Source: Escherichia coli (GTDB taxonomy: Bacteria > Pseudomonadota > Gammaproteobacteria > Enterobacterales > Enterobacteriaceae). From it: a stretch of 64,000 nt of DNA. Both the position numbers and the translations under genes were made by a program. Shown here piece by piece: positions 32,239 to 44,833 of this stretch. The stretch is taken from assembly GCF_048403405.1 (NCBI RefSeq), contig NZ_CP183129.1; one strand, 5' to 3'. The notes beneath the pieces were generated by a model, which searched no databases, had not been told where the DNA came from, and worked only from the letters and a program-made list of their open reading frames with translations. How positions within the stretch are numbered: the stretch's first letter is position 1; each line of letters opens with the position of its first letter.

Positions 32239-33801
32239 ATGTACCCTACTAGTTTAATTACTTCCCCGTGGTTGCCTGTTCGTTTCAAAGACGGAACGAC
32301 AGGCAAGCTGGCGCCAGTCGATCTGGCTGATGAAAATGTTGTCGATATCGCTGCGCCTCGGGCAGATCTCCAGGGGGCGGCATGGCAGTTTTTGCTGGGA
32401 CTATTACAAACCAGCTTCGCGCCAAAAGATCAACGTCGTTGGGATGACATCTGGGAAGACGGACTGGAAGCTGAAAAGCTACGGGAAGCATTGCTGTCAT
32501 TAGACCATGCTTTCCAGTTCGGGCCAGATTCACCTTCATTTATGCAGGATTTTGAGGCGCTCACGGGAGATAAAGTTCCGGTCGCTTCGCTACTGCCTGA
32601 GATTCCCGGCGTTCAAACAACAAAGTTTAATAAAGACCACTTTATCAAGCGTGGTGTAACGGAACACCTGTGCCCACAGTGTTCTGCACTAGCCTTGTTC
32701 TCTCTACAGTTAAATGCACCGTCAGGCGGCAAAGGCTATCGCACCGGTTTACGCGGCGGTGGGCCGATGACGACTCTCATTGAATTACAGGAATATCAGG
32801 GCAATCAACAAACACCCTTGTGGCGCAAACTGTGGCTCAACGTGATGCCGCAGGATGAAGCCGACTTACCGCTACCCAAAAAATTTGACGATCTGATTTT
32901 CCCCTGGCTAGGCCCGACGCGTACCAGCGAACTGGCCGGTGCGGTGGTAACCCATGATCAGGTCAATAAACTCCAGGCGTACTGGGGAATGCCGCGGCGT
33001 ATACGTATTGATTTTAATACCACGACAGTCGGCAACTGCGATATTTGCGACGAGCAGAACGACGCGCTCCTGAGCCTGATGACGACCAAAAATTACGGTG
33101 CCAATTATGCCATGTGGCAGCATCCCTTAACGCCTTACCGTGTACCACTTAAAGAGGGTGGCGAGTTTTACTCCGTTAAACCACAACCGGGCGGTTTAAT
33201 CTGGCGCGACTGGTTAGGCCTTATCGAAACGGGTAAATCAGAAAACAATACGGAACTTCCCGCGCTGGTGGTGAAACTCTTTAATGCCAGCAGTCTGAAA
33301 CAGGCAAAAGTGGGCCTATGGGGATTTGGTTATGATTTTGACAACATGAAAGCGCGCTGTTGGTACGAACACCATTTCCCGCTACTGCTCAATAAAAAAG
33401 AAGGCCAGATACCGAAGCTGCGGCTGGCTGCGCAAACGGCTTCACGGATTCTGAGTCTGTTACGGAGTGCATTGAAAGAAGCATGGTTCTCCGATCCAAA
33501 AGGTGCAAGGGGTGATTTCAGTTTTGTGGATATCGACTTCTGGAACAAAACTCAGCATCGCTTCCTGAGGTTAGTGCGCCAAATTGAAGAAGGTCAGGAT
33601 GCGGATGAATTACTCGGCAAATGGCAAAAGGAAATTTGGTTATTCGCGCGTCAGGATTTTGACGAGCGTGTATTCACTAATCCTTATGAGCCCGTTGATT
33701 TGAAACGCGTCATGACCGCGCGCAAGAAATATTTTACAACATCGGCGGAGAAGCAAAGTGCTAAAGCCGCCAGGGAGAAAAAGCAGGAGGCTGCTGAATG
33801 A
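32239..33801 (+). CDS. casA: Cse1 / CasA, large subunit of Cascade (type I-E)
   Basis: 520-aa ORF first in the Cascade operon; divergent from the K-12 CasA sequence as I recall it. Confidence 0.85.
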   Translation: MYPTSLITSPWLPVRFKDGTTGKLAPVDLADENVVDIAAPRADLQGAAWQFLLGLLQTSFAPKDQRRWDDIWEDGLEAEKLREALLSLDHAFQFGPDSPSFMQDFEALTGDKVPVASLLPEIPGVQTTKFNKDHFIKRGVTEHLCPQCSALALFSLQLNAPSGGKGYRTGLRGGGPMTTLIELQEYQGNQQTPLWRKLWLNVMPQDEADLPLPKKFDDLIFPWLGPTRTSELAGAVVTHDQVNKLQAYWGMPRRIRIDFNTTTVGNCDICDEQNDALLSLMTTKNYGANYAMWQHPLTPYRVPLKEGGEFYSVKPQPGGLIWRDWLGLIETGKSENNTELPALVVKLFNASSLKQAKVGLWGFGYDFDNMKARCWYEHHFPLLLNKKEGQIPKLRLAAQTASRILSLLRSALKEAWFSDPKGARGDFSFVDIDFWNKTQHRFLRLVRQIEEGQDADELLGKWQKEIWLFARQDFDERVFTNPYEPVDLKRVMTARKKYFTTSAEKQSAKAAREKKQEAAE

Positions 33802-34334
33802 GTATTGTAAAAGAGGAGCACAAAGCCACGCTGCGTAAATGGCACGAAGAGTTGCAGGAAAAACGCGGCAATCGTGCCAGTCTGCGGCGTAGCACAACGG
33901 TTAATGATGTTTGTCTGTCAGAAGGGTTTCGTTCTCTGCTGATGCAGACCCACACGTTGTGGAAAATTGAATCACAGGAGTGGCGTTTTACCGCACTGGC
34001 ACTGGTTGCCGCCGTTGCCGCCAATGTAAAAGCCATTGATGAACGGCAGCCTTTTGCCGCGCAGTTGGCGGCGGTAATGTCTGAGGGGCGTTTTACTCGC
34101 CTGTCGGCAGTCAAAACGCCGGATGAATTACTGCGCCAGTTACGTCGCGCGGTCAAATTATTAAATGGTTCCGTCAATCTTATCTCTTTGGCAGACGATA
34201 TTTTCCGCTGGTGCCAGGAGAGCGACGATCTGCTCAATCATCACCGCCGCCAGCAGCGGCCAACAGAATTTATCCGTATCCGCTGGGCGCTGGAATATTA
34301 CCAGGCTGGCGACGCCGATAACGAACAAAATTAA
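33798..34334 (+). CDS. casB: Cse2 / CasB, small subunit of Cascade
   Basis: 178-aa ORF overlapping the casA stop by 4 nt. Confidence 0.85.
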   Translation: MSIVKEEHKATLRKWHEELQEKRGNRASLRRSTTVNDVCLSEGFRSLLMQTHTLWKIESQEWRFTALALVAAVAANVKAIDERQPFAAQLAAVMSEGRFTRLSAVKTPDELLRQLRRAVKLLNGSVNLISLADDIFRWCQESDDLLNHHRRQQRPTEFIRIRWALEYYQAGDADNEQN

Positions 34335-34348
34335 TAAAGGACTATCTC

Positions 34349-35404
34349 ATGACGACATTTATTCAGCTTCATTTGTTAACCGCTTACCCTGCTGCCAACC
34401 TTAACCGTGATGACACCGGTGCGCCAAAAACTGTGGTACTGGGTGGAGCAACGCGTCTGCGCGTTTCCTCACAAAGTCTGAAACGTGCGTGGCGCACTTC
34501 TGCACTTTTTGAACAGGCACTGGCGGGCCATATTGGTATTCGCAGTGGGCGTATTGCGCGTGAGGCGGCAACTATCCTGATTGAGAAAGGCATCGAAGAG
34601 AAAAAAGCCATCGAATGGGCGGCAAAAATTGCGGATTATCTTGGGAAAGCTAAAAACGACAAAAAACCAAAAGATCCGCTCACTAACGCCGAAACTGAAC
34701 AGCTAGTCCATATCAGCCCGGCAGAATTTGACGCCGTAAAAGCGCTGGCCCATCAACTGGCCGAAGAAAAGCGCGCGCCAAAAGAGGAAGATCTCGCTTT
34801 GTTACGTAAAGATCGCATGGCGGTAGATATCGCTATGTTTGGTCGTATGCTGGCGAATAAACCCGAATTTAATGTTGAAGCCGCCTGCCAGGTCGCGCAT
34901 GCATTTGGTGTCAGTGAAACGATTGTCGAAGATGATTTTTTCACCGCCGTTGATGATTTGCGCCAGGCTTCTGAAGATGCCGGTGCCGGGCATCTCGGAG
35001 AAACCGGATTCGGTTCAGCACTTTTCTACACCTATATCTGCATTGATAAAGATCTGCTGGTCGAAAACCTCGGCGGTGACGAAGCGTTAGCTAATCAGAC
35101 CATACGCGCCTTTACGGAAGCTGCGCTTAAAGTCTCCCCCACCGGTAAACAAAACAGTTTTGCCAGCCGTGCCTACGCCTCCTGGGCGCTGGCAGAAAAA
35201 GGCACCGAACAACCGCGTTCTCTGGCGGCGGCTTTCTATGAACCCATTAATGGCACCCGTCAGTTAGATGTGGCGGTGCAGCGTATTACAACGCTTCGCG
35301 AAAATATGAATACGGTCTACGAACAGAAGACCGAATGCACAAGTTTTGACGTGATGAACAAACAGGGAAGCATGAAGGACGTGCTGGACTTTATCTGCGC
35401 GTAA
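34349..35404 (+). CDS. casC: Cas7e / CasC, Cascade backbone subunit
   Basis: 351-aa ORF MTTFIQLHLLTAYPAANLNRDDTGAPKTVVLGGATRLRVSSQSLKRAWR, same N-terminal pattern as E. coli CasC. Confidence 0.92.
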   Translation: MTTFIQLHLLTAYPAANLNRDDTGAPKTVVLGGATRLRVSSQSLKRAWRTSALFEQALAGHIGIRSGRIAREAATILIEKGIEEKKAIEWAAKIADYLGKAKNDKKPKDPLTNAETEQLVHISPAEFDAVKALAHQLAEEKRAPKEEDLALLRKDRMAVDIAMFGRMLANKPEFNVEAACQVAHAFGVSETIVEDDFFTAVDDLRQASEDAGAGHLGETGFGSALFYTYICIDKDLLVENLGGDEALANQTIRAFTEAALKVSPTGKQNSFASRAYASWALAEKGTEQPRSLAAAFYEPINGTRQLDVAVQRITTLRENMNTVYEQKTECTSFDVMNKQGSMKDVLDFICA

Positions 35405-35414
35405 GGGGCGGCTT

Positions 35415-36161
35415 ATGAGCCAATATCTGATTTTTCAGCTTCATGGGCCGATGGCATCCTGGGGCGTCGATGCCCCCGGTGAAGTGCGTCATACCCATGA
35501 ACTGCCTTCGCGCTCAGCATTGCTGGGGCTGCTGGCTGCCGGGGTAGGGATTCGGCGTGATGATACCGAACGCTTAAACGCGTTTAATCGCCACTATTCA
35601 CTGGTGGTTTGCGCCAGCCGTAACCCGCGCTGGGCACGGGATTATCACACGGTCCAGATGCCAAAAGAGGTGCGTAAAGCGCGTTATTTCAGCCGTCGCG
35701 AAGAGTTGAGCGACCCTGATCTTCTGAGCGCGATTATCTCCCGGCGCGACTACTACACCGATGCCTGGTGGATGGTGGCGGTGGCAACAACAGCCGATGC
35801 GCCTTACAGCCTCGAACAGTTGCAGGAAGGTTTACGCCATCCGGTTTTTCCGCTTTATCTGGGGAGAAAAAGTCATCCGCTGGCGTTACCACTTGCGCCG
35901 TTACTGCTCGAAGGCAACGCGTCTGATGTCTTACGTAACGCATACCAACAGTATCAGGATCGTTTCCACGAACTGAAAGTCTCACTCCCGAAACTTCAGG
36001 ATGAATGCTGGTGGGAAGGGGAGCACGATGGCCTGGTCGCGAGCAAAATATTACGCCGCCGGGATGTTCCTTTAAATCGTCAGCAGTGGCTGTTTGGGGA
36101 ACGCACCGTCAATCAGGGGCCGTGGCTCAGCAAGGAGAAACCATGTACCTCTCAAGAATAA
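35415..36161 (+). CDS. casD: Cas5e / CasD
   Basis: 248-aa ORF MSQYLIFQLHGPMASWG..., Cas5 N-terminal signature. Confidence 0.9.
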   Translation: MSQYLIFQLHGPMASWGVDAPGEVRHTHELPSRSALLGLLAAGVGIRRDDTERLNAFNRHYSLVVCASRNPRWARDYHTVQMPKEVRKARYFSRREELSDPDLLSAIISRRDYYTDAWWMVAVATTADAPYSLEQLQEGLRHPVFPLYLGRKSHPLALPLAPLLLEGNASDVLRNAYQQYQDRFHELKVSLPKLQDECWWEGEHDGLVASKILRRRDVPLNRQQWLFGERTVNQGPWLSKEKPCTSQE

Positions 36162-36789
36162 CCTTACATACCGGCCAGCTTTCGCCTGCGCAGTTGCTGC
36201 ATCTGGTGGATCGCGGTGAATATGTGATGCATCAGTGGCTGTGGGATCTTTTCCCCGGCGGCAAAGAAAGGCAATTTCTTTATCGTCGGGAAGAACTCCA
36301 GGGGGCGTTTCGCTTTTTTGTCCTGTCGCAGGAACGCCCGGCGGAAAGTGATATTTTCACCATCGAATGCCGACCATTTGCGCCAGAGTTGCGTACCGGA
36401 CAATCCCTTTGTTTCAACCTGCAGGCGAATCCAACAATTTGTAAAGCGGGCAAACGCCACGACTTGCTGATGGAGGCGAAACGGCAGGTGAGGGGGCAGG
36501 TGGAAGGAAGTGATGTCTGGTTGCATCAACAACAGGCTGCGCTGGACTGGCTGGCAGCGCAGGGGGAGAGAAGCGGTTTTACACTGCTGGATACTTCGGT
36601 TGATGCCTACCGACAACAGCAACTGCGGCGGGAAAACTCCCGGCAACTGATCCAGTTCAGTAGCGTGGATTATACGGGGATGCTTACGGTCACCGATCCT
36701 AGGTTATTTCTGCAACGTCTCAGTCAGGGGTATGGCAAAAGCCGGGCGTTCGGTTGTGGTCTGATGCTGATCAAACCCGGAGCAGAGGC

Positions 36790-36793
<4 letters not shown>
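36143..36793 (+). CDS. casE: Cas6e / CasE, crRNA-processing endoribonuclease
   Basis: Internal ATG at 36143 with AAGGAG RBS gives MYLSRITLHTG...; C-terminal G-rich loop GCGLMLIKP; overlaps casD end. Confidence 0.9.
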
Positions 36794-38003
<1,210 letters not shown>

Positions 38004-38099
38004 GTTATCCGTTCTTTAAAAATAAGGAAATGTTTGAATTTAGTTGGTAGATTGTTGATGTGAAATAAAGTTGTTTAAAAACAGATATGTATGCTTAGT
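38004..38099 (+). promoter_or_regulatory. CRISPR leader of the cas2-proximal array
   Basis: AT-rich 96 bp between cas2 and repeat 1; GTTGGTAGATTGT at about 38044-38056, 57 nt before the first repeat. Confidence 0.75.
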
Positions 38100-38496
38100 G
38101 TGTTCCCCGCGCCAGCGGGGATAAACCGAATACGCAACAGTGTTTTTATTGACAACACCGGTGTTCCCCGCGCCAGCGGGGATAAACCGGCAACGCCAGT
38201 AAATCAGACCAACGGCGCTGGGTGTTCCCCGCGCCAGCGGGGATAAACCGCGTTGTTTTGCCGGGTCGGGTGAATATATCGTAGTGTTCCCCGCGCCAGC
38301 GGGGATAAACCGGCCAGATTTCCAGTTCACTGGTCTTCGCGGCAAGTGTTCCCCGCGCCAGCGGGGATAAACCGAATGAGAGCTGACAGGTGTATGTCAT
38401 CAGTACGTGTTCCCCGCACCAGCGGGGATAAACCGTAATATTAGACTAATGTTTTTTTGTTGAGTTCGTGTTCCCCGCGCCAGCGGGGAACTCCCA
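38100..38496 (+). CRISPR. CRISPR array (CRISPR I, cas-adjacent): 7 repeats, 6 spacers (32-33 nt)
   Basis: Repeat GTGTTCCCCGCGCCAGCGGGGATAAACCG at 38100, 38161, 38222, 38284, 38346, 38407 (one G-to-A change) and a truncated terminal repeat at 38468 (GTGTTCCCCGCGCCAGCGGGGAACTCCCA). Confidence 0.97.
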
Positions 38497-38515
38497 GCTC
38501 TCATTTTCAAACCCA

Positions 38516-39553
38516 TCAAGACGCCTTCGCCAGCTCCTTCACCAGCGGTAGCATTATCCGCATAACGTCACGGCAGCGACGTTCTATTCTTCCAGGAAGT
38601 GCCTTATCAATATGTTGTTGATTATCCAGTCTTACGTCATGCCAGCTATTTCCCGCAGGGAATGCAGCTGTTTTTGCGCGTTGCTGATAACCATCCTTAT
38701 TCCCAAGATTCCAATTTGTTGCTTCTACCGAAAGTACGGCAATACCGGCTTTGTCGAAAACTTCGGCATCATTACAACAGCCAGTACCCTTCGGATAATT
38801 TTTATTCAAACCCGGATTGGTCGTTGCGGCAATTCCATGACTACGCGCAATTGCCAGCGCCCTGTCGCGCGTTAATTTCCTTACTGCTTCAGGGGTTTTT
38901 ACACCGCTGTTGAAATACAATTTATCGCCAACAATTAAGTTATCGAGATTAATCACCAGCAGCGTATTTTTCTTTTCGGTGTCACTCATCCGCTTGAGTA
39001 AATTCTCAGCGCCTAATTTCCCTTCCTCTTCGCCGCTGGTCGCCACAAATCGAATACCATACTCGGTAGGCGTATTTTTCAGGCGTTCTGCCAGTTCCAG
39101 CATGACACCTAAACCTGCAGCGTTATCATCCATTCCTTGTAACGTCAGTCCGCCGAGATTGGCATCGGCGTCAGCATCGCTCAGCGGGGCGTAAGTATCC
39201 AGATGCGCCATAATGATGATCTGCTGCGGCGCTTTGCCTTCATGAGCGGCAATCACCGTACTTCCCGTCACGTTATGCCAGCTCTTGCGATTATCGCGGG
39301 CGGTATAAATATACCGACTATTAAATGTCCGAATATCACTGCGATAACCCATTTGCTGAAACTGTTGGCGAATATAATCGGCAGATAACATTTCTGCAGG
39401 AGTTCCGGTCATGCGTCCCGGAAAGAAAGTAGCAATATGTCGTGCCTGGGTATTAGCAAAATCGCCAGGTTTAGGTGACGAGGCGTGTACGGGGAGAATA
39501 AAGCATACGCCGAGCGCCAGGGCAGCGGTACGGTGGCGCAATGCGGAAAACAT
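38516..39553 (-). CDS. iap: Alkaline phosphatase isozyme conversion aminopeptidase Iap
   Basis: 345-aa secreted M28-family peptidase-like ORF directly flanking the array. Confidence 0.88.
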   Translation of the reverse strand: MFSALRHRTAALALGVCFILPVHASSPKPGDFANTQARHIATFFPGRMTGTPAEMLSADYIRQQFQQMGYRSDIRTFNSRYIYTARDNRKSWHNVTGSTVIAAHEGKAPQQIIIMAHLDTYAPLSDADADANLGGLTLQGMDDNAAGLGVMLELAERLKNTPTEYGIRFVATSGEEEGKLGAENLLKRMSDTEKKNTLLVINLDNLIVGDKLYFNSGVKTPEAVRKLTRDRALAIARSHGIAATTNPGLNKNYPKGTGCCNDAEVFDKAGIAVLSVEATNWNLGNKDGYQQRAKTAAFPAGNSWHDVRLDNQQHIDKALPGRIERRCRDVMRIMLPLVKELAKAS

Positions 39554-39804
39554 AGTGAGTCCTTAAATACCATGCAAATTTTTTTACCGCCATAGTATGA
39601 AACTGCCGCTGCGCTAAAACAATTTCAAATCTTCCTAAACGCCCGAAATCCGGTGCCTTAAGCACTTTTTGATATTAGCTTTGCCAAATCGTTATTCCGT
39701 TAAGGAACTACTCATTCTAATTGGTAATTTCATTCGTTCTCTTACGCTCCCTATAGTCGAAACATCTGATGGCAAGAAAATAGCGGTATTGCAAAGGAAC
39801 GGTT
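39554..39804. promoter_or_regulatory. Upstream regulatory region of cysDNC (expected CysB-dependent promoter)
   Basis: Non-coding region between divergent iap and cysD; assignment from known regulon biology only. Confidence 0.4.
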
Positions 39805-40713
39805 ATGGATCAAAAACGACTTACTCACCTGCGGCAACTGGAGGCGGAAAGCATCCATATTATTCGCGAGGTGGCGGCAGAATTCTCAAATCCGGTGATG
39901 CTCTACTCTATCGGTAAAGATTCCAGTGTCATGCTGCATCTGGCGCGCAAGGCGTTTTATCCAGGTACGCTGCCTTTCCCGTTGCTGCATGTCGATACCG
40001 GCTGGAAATTCCGCGAGATGTATGAGTTCCGCGATCGTACTGCTAAAGCCTACGGCTGCGAGCTGCTGGTGCATAAAAACCCGGAAGGCGTGGCGATGGG
40101 GATTAATCCATTCATACACGGCAGCGCGAAACATACCGATATTATGAAAACTGAAGGCCTGAAACAGGCCCTGAACAAATACGGTTTTGATGCCGCCTTC
40201 GGTGGTGCGCGCCGTGACGAAGAAAAATCCCGCGCTAAAGAGCGAATCTACTCTTTCCGTGACCGCTTCCATCGCTGGGATCCGAAAAATCAGCGCCCGG
40301 AGCTGTGGCACAACTACAACGGGCAAATTAACAAAGGTGAAAGCATCCGCGTCTTCCCGCTCTCTAACTGGACCGAGCAGGATATCTGGCAATACATCTG
40401 GCTGGAAAATATCGACATTGTGCCGCTGTATCTCGCTGCGGAACGTCCGGTTCTGGAACGCGACGGTATGTTGATGATGATTGATGACAACCGTATCGAC
40501 CTGCAACCGGGCGAAGTGATTAAAAAACGGATGGTGCGTTTCCGTACGCTGGGCTGCTGGCCGCTGACCGGTGCGGTGGAGTCAAATGCACAAACACTGC
40601 CGGAAATCATCGAAGAGATGCTGGTTTCCACCACCAGTGAACGTCAGGGCCGCGTGATTGACCGCGACCAGGCGGGGTCTATGGAGCTGAAAAAACGTCA
40701 GGGGTATTTTTAA
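39805..40713 (+). CDS. cysD: Sulfate adenylyltransferase subunit 2
   Basis: 302-aa PAPS-reductase-fold ORF. Confidence 0.96.
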   Translation: MDQKRLTHLRQLEAESIHIIREVAAEFSNPVMLYSIGKDSSVMLHLARKAFYPGTLPFPLLHVDTGWKFREMYEFRDRTAKAYGCELLVHKNPEGVAMGINPFIHGSAKHTDIMKTEGLKQALNKYGFDAAFGGARRDEEKSRAKERIYSFRDRFHRWDPKNQRPELWHNYNGQINKGESIRVFPLSNWTEQDIWQYIWLENIDIVPLYLAAERPVLERDGMLMMIDDNRIDLQPGEVIKKRMVRFRTLGCWPLTGAVESNAQTLPEIIEEMLVSTTSERQGRVIDRDQAGSMELKKRQGYF

Positions 40714-40714
40714 G

Positions 40715-42142
40715 ATGAACACCGCACTTGCACAACAAATCGCCAATGAAGGCGGCGTCGAAGCCTGGATGATTGCGCAACAACATAAAAGCCTGCTGCG
40801 TTTTCTGACCTGTGGTAGCGTCGATGACGGCAAAAGTACCCTGATTGGTCGCCTGCTGCACGATACCCGCCAAATCTACGAAGATCAGCTCTCATCGCTG
40901 CATAACGACAGTAAACGTCACGGCACCCAGGGCGAAAAACTGGATTTGGCGTTGCTGGTGGATGGCCTGCAAGCTGAGCGCGAACAGGGCATCACTATTG
41001 ATGTGGCTTACCGTTATTTCTCTACCGAGAAGCGTAAATTTATTATCGCCGACACCCCAGGGCACGAGCAGTACACCCGCAATATGGCGACTGGCGCATC
41101 GACATGTGAACTGGCGATCTTACTGATCGATGCCCGTAAAGGCGTGCTCGATCAAACCCGTCGTCACAGTTTTATCTCCACACTGTTGGGGATCAAACAT
41201 CTGGTCGTGGCGATCAACAAAATGGATCTGGTGGATTACAGTGAAGAGACGTTCACCCGTATTCGTGAAGATTATCTGACCTTTGCCGGGCAGCTGCCGG
41301 GTAATCTGGATATCCGCTTTGTGCCGCTCTCCGCACTGGAAGGCGACAACGTGGCTTCGCAAAGTGAAAGTATGCCGTGGTACAGCGGTCCGACACTGCT
41401 CGAAGTGCTGGAAACCGTGGAGATCCAGCGAGTGGTGGATGCTCAGCCAATGCGCTTCCCGGTGCAGTACGTTAATCGCCCGAATCTCGATTTTCGTGGC
41501 TACGCCGGAACGCTGGCATCCGGTCGCGTGGAAGTCGGGCAACGTGTCAAAGTGCTGCCCTCTGGTGTGGAATCAAACGTCGCGCGGATCGTGACTTTTG
41601 ATGGCGATCGCGAAGAAGCCTTTGCCGGAGAAGCGATCACCCTGGTGCTGACGGATGAGATCGACATCAGCCGTGGCGATCTGCTGCTGGCGGCAGACGA
41701 AGCGTTACCAGCTGTGCAGAGCGCGTCGGTGGATGTGGTATGGATGGCGGAACAGCCGCTTTCCCCGGGCCAGAGTTACGACATCAAAATTGCCGGTAAG
41801 AAGACGCGTGCTCGTGTTGATGGCATTCGTTATCAGGTTGATATTAATAACCTTACCCAACGCGAAGTTGAAAACCTGCCGCTGAACGGCATCGGCCTGG
41901 TGGATCTCACTTTTGACGAGCCACTGGTGTTAGATCGTTATCAGCAAAATCCGGTTACCGGTGGGCTGATTTTTATCGATCGCCTTAGCAATGTGACCGT
42001 GGGTGCCGGTATGGTGCACGAGCCAGTTAGCCAGGCAACTGCTGCGCCATCTGAATTCAGTGCATTCGAACTGGAATTGAATGCTCTGGTTCGTCGCCAC
42101 TTTCCGCACTGGGGCGCGCGCGATTTGCTGGGGGATAAATAA
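40715..42142 (+). CDS. cysN: Sulfate adenylyltransferase subunit 1 (GTPase)
   Basis: 475-aa ORF with G-domain motifs GSVDDGKST and DTPGH. Confidence 0.96.
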   Translation: MNTALAQQIANEGGVEAWMIAQQHKSLLRFLTCGSVDDGKSTLIGRLLHDTRQIYEDQLSSLHNDSKRHGTQGEKLDLALLVDGLQAEREQGITIDVAYRYFSTEKRKFIIADTPGHEQYTRNMATGASTCELAILLIDARKGVLDQTRRHSFISTLLGIKHLVVAINKMDLVDYSEETFTRIREDYLTFAGQLPGNLDIRFVPLSALEGDNVASQSESMPWYSGPTLLEVLETVEIQRVVDAQPMRFPVQYVNRPNLDFRGYAGTLASGRVEVGQRVKVLPSGVESNVARIVTFDGDREEAFAGEAITLVLTDEIDISRGDLLLAADEALPAVQSASVDVVWMAEQPLSPGQSYDIKIAGKKTRARVDGIRYQVDINNLTQREVENLPLNGIGLVDLTFDEPLVLDRYQQNPVTGGLIFIDRLSNVTVGAGMVHEPVSQATAAPSEFSAFELELNALVRRHFPHWGARDLLGDK

Positions 42143-42747
42143 TGGCGCTGCATGACGAAAACGTCGTCTGGCATAGCCATCCGGTCACTGTGCAACAACG
42201 CGAGCTACACCACGGTCATCGTGGTGTAGTGCTGTGGTTTACCGGCCTCTCCGGGTCCGGTAAATCAACGGTCGCCGGGGCGCTGGAGGAGGCATTACAT
42301 AAACTCGGCGTCAGTACGTATCTGCTGGATGGCGACAATGTTCGCTACGGATTATGCAGCGATCTCGGTTTTAGCGATGCCGATCGTAAAGAGAATATCC
42401 GTCGCGTCGGTGAAGTGGCGAATTTGATGGTTGAAGCCGGACTGGTAGTGCTGACCGCATTTATCTCGCCACACCGCGCCGAACGCCAGATGGTTCGCGA
42501 ACGCGTAGGAGAAGGGCGCTTTATCGAAGTGTTTGTCGATACGCCGCTGGCGATTTGCGAAGCCCGCGATCCAAAAGGCTTATATAAGAAAGCGCGTGCC
42601 GGTGAACTGCGCAACTTTACGGGAATAGATTCCGTTTACGAAGCGCCTGAATCGGCAGAAATTCATCTCAATGGTGAACAATTAGTAACAAATTTGGTAC
42701 AGCAATTATTAGATCTGTTGAGACAGAACGATATTATCAGATCCTGA
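42142..42747 (+). CDS. cysC: Adenylyl-sulfate kinase
   Basis: 201-aa ORF with P-loop GLSGSGKST. Confidence 0.96.
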   Translation: MALHDENVVWHSHPVTVQQRELHHGHRGVVLWFTGLSGSGKSTVAGALEEALHKLGVSTYLLDGDNVRYGLCSDLGFSDADRKENIRRVGEVANLMVEAGLVVLTAFISPHRAERQMVRERVGEGRFIEVFVDTPLAICEARDPKGLYKKARAGELRNFTGIDSVYEAPESAEIHLNGEQLVTNLVQQLLDLLRQNDIIRS

Positions 42748-42796
42748 GACACCACCGGGTTTCCATGCCCGGTTCGTCAAAGTAACAGGATCAAAT

Positions 42797-43120
42797 ATGC
42801 GTAATAGCCATAACATTACACTAACAAATAACGACAGCCTTACTGAGGATGAAGAAACCACATGGTCACTGCCTGGTGCCGTGGTCGGTTTTATCTCCTG
42901 GTTATTTGCGCTGGCGATGCCGATGTTGATTTATGGCTCTAACACGCTGTTCTTCTTTATCTACACCTGGCCTTTCTTTCTGGCGCTGATGCCCGTCGCG
43001 GTAGTGGTGGGGATTGCGCTGCATTCATTGATGGACGGAAAGCTACGCTACAGTATTGTTTTCACCCTGGTGACAGTAGGCATTATGTTTGGCGCACTGT
43101 TTATGTGGCTACTGGGCTAA
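42797..43120 (+). CDS. ygbE: Inner membrane protein YgbE
   Basis: 107-aa hydrophobic ORF in the conserved position between cysC and ftsB. Confidence 0.8.
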   Translation: MRNSHNITLTNNDSLTEDEETTWSLPGAVVGFISWLFALAMPMLIYGSNTLFFFIYTWPFFLALMPVAVVVGIALHSLMDGKLRYSIVFTLVTVGIMFGALFMWLLG

Positions 43121-43313
43121 TTTGTACTTTCCCGTCTCCTCTGTTCATAATTCAAACCGTAACTAATAATGAGATTATGTTCTGCACGCCCTGGGTATAC
43201 GTAACAATGGACAAATGTGGTACATTTGCCCGCGTTGTCGCGGTATCCCCAACAGAGGATGTAGAGTCGTCTTCGGATGCATGGGATGATGATGCCGTTT
43301 TTCAGGGGGCAGG

Positions 43314-43625
43314 ATGGGTAAACTAACGCTGCTGTTGCTGGCTATTCTGGTCTGGCTACAGTATTCGCTGTGGTTCGGTAAGAACGGTATACATGACTAT
43401 ACCCGCGTCAATGATGATGTGGCGGCACAGCAAGCTACAAACGCGAAACTTAAAGCGCGAAACGATCAACTTTTTGCCGAAATTGACGATCTCAATGGCG
43501 GCCAGGAGGCGCTCGAAGAGCGTGCGCGTAATGAACTCAGCATGACCAGGCCGGGCGAAACTTTTTATCGTCTGGTGCCTGACGCGTCGAAGCGCGCACA
43601 GTCTGCGGGGCAAAACAATCGATAA
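43314..43625 (+). CDS. ftsB: Cell division protein FtsB
   Basis: 103-aa ORF with N-terminal TM segment and coiled-coil region. Confidence 0.92.
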
Positions 43626-43643
43626 ATCAGCCCAGGAATTAAC

Positions 43644-44354
43644 ATGGCAACCACTCATTTGGATGTTTGCGCCGTGGTTCCGGCGGCCGGATTTGGCCGT
43701 CGAATGCAAACGGAATGTCCTAAGCAATATCTCTCAATCGGTAATCAAACCATTCTTGAACACTCGGTGCATGCGCTGCTGGCGCATCCCCGGGTGAAAC
43801 ATGTCGTCATTGCCATAAGTCCTGGCGATAGCCGTTTTGCACAACTTCCTCTGGCGAATCATCCGCAAATCACCGTTGTAGATGGCGGTGATGAGCGTGC
43901 CGATTCCGTGCTGGCAGGTCTGAAAGCCGCTGGCGACGCGCAGTGGGTATTGGTGCATGACGCCGCTCGTCCTTGTCTGCATCAGGATGACCTCGCGCGA
44001 TTGTTGGCGTTGAGCGAAACCAGCCGCACGGGGGGGATCCTCGCCGCACCAGTGCGCGATACTATGAAACGTGCCGAACCGGGCAAAAATGCCATTGCTC
44101 ATACCGTTGATCGCAACGGCTTATGGCACGCGCTGACGCCGCAATTTTTCCCTCGTGAGCTGTTACATGACTGTCTGACGCGCGCTCTAAATGAAGGCGC
44201 GACTATTACCGACGAAGCCTCGGCGCTGGAATATTGCGGATTTCATCCGCAGTTGGTCGAAGGCCGCGCGGATAACATTAAAGTCACGCGCCCGGAAGAT
44301 TTGGCACTGGCCGAGTTTTACCTCACCCGAACCATCCATCAGGAGAATACATAA
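43644..44354 (+). CDS. ispD: 2-C-methyl-D-erythritol 4-phosphate cytidylyltransferase
   Basis: 236-aa [25 protein letters not shown]... Confidence 0.95.
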
Positions 44355-44833
44355 TGCGAATTGGACACGGTTTTGACGTACACGCCTTTGGCGGTGAAGG
44401 CCCAATTATCATTGGTGGCGTACGCATTCCTTACGAAAAAGGATTGCTGGCGCATTCTGATGGCGACGTGGCGCTCCATGCGTTGACCGATGCATTGCTT
44501 GGCGCGGCGGCGCTGGGGGATATCGGCAAGCTGTTCCCGGATACCGATCCGGCATTTAAAGGTGCCGACAGCCGCGAGCTGCTACGCGAAGCCTGGCGTC
44601 GTATTCAGGCGAAGGGTTATACCCTGGGCAACGTCGATGTCACTATCATCGCTCAGGCACCGAAGATGTTGCCGCACATTCCACAAATGCGCGTGTTTAT
44701 TGCCGAAGATCTCGGCTGCCATATGGATGATGTTAACGTGAAAGCCACTACTACGGAAAAACTGGGATTTACCGGACGTGGGGAAGGGATTGCCTGTGAA
44801 GCGGTGGCGCTACTCATTAAGGCAACAAAATGA
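44354..44833 (+). CDS. ispF: 2-C-methyl-D-erythritol 2,4-cyclodiphosphate synthase
   Basis: 159-aa [17 protein letters not shown]... Confidence 0.96.

Noticed and set aside
38040-38400. 101-aa and 84-aa minus-strand ORFs across the second CRISPR array
   Set aside because: Same repeat-translation artefact as in the first array.
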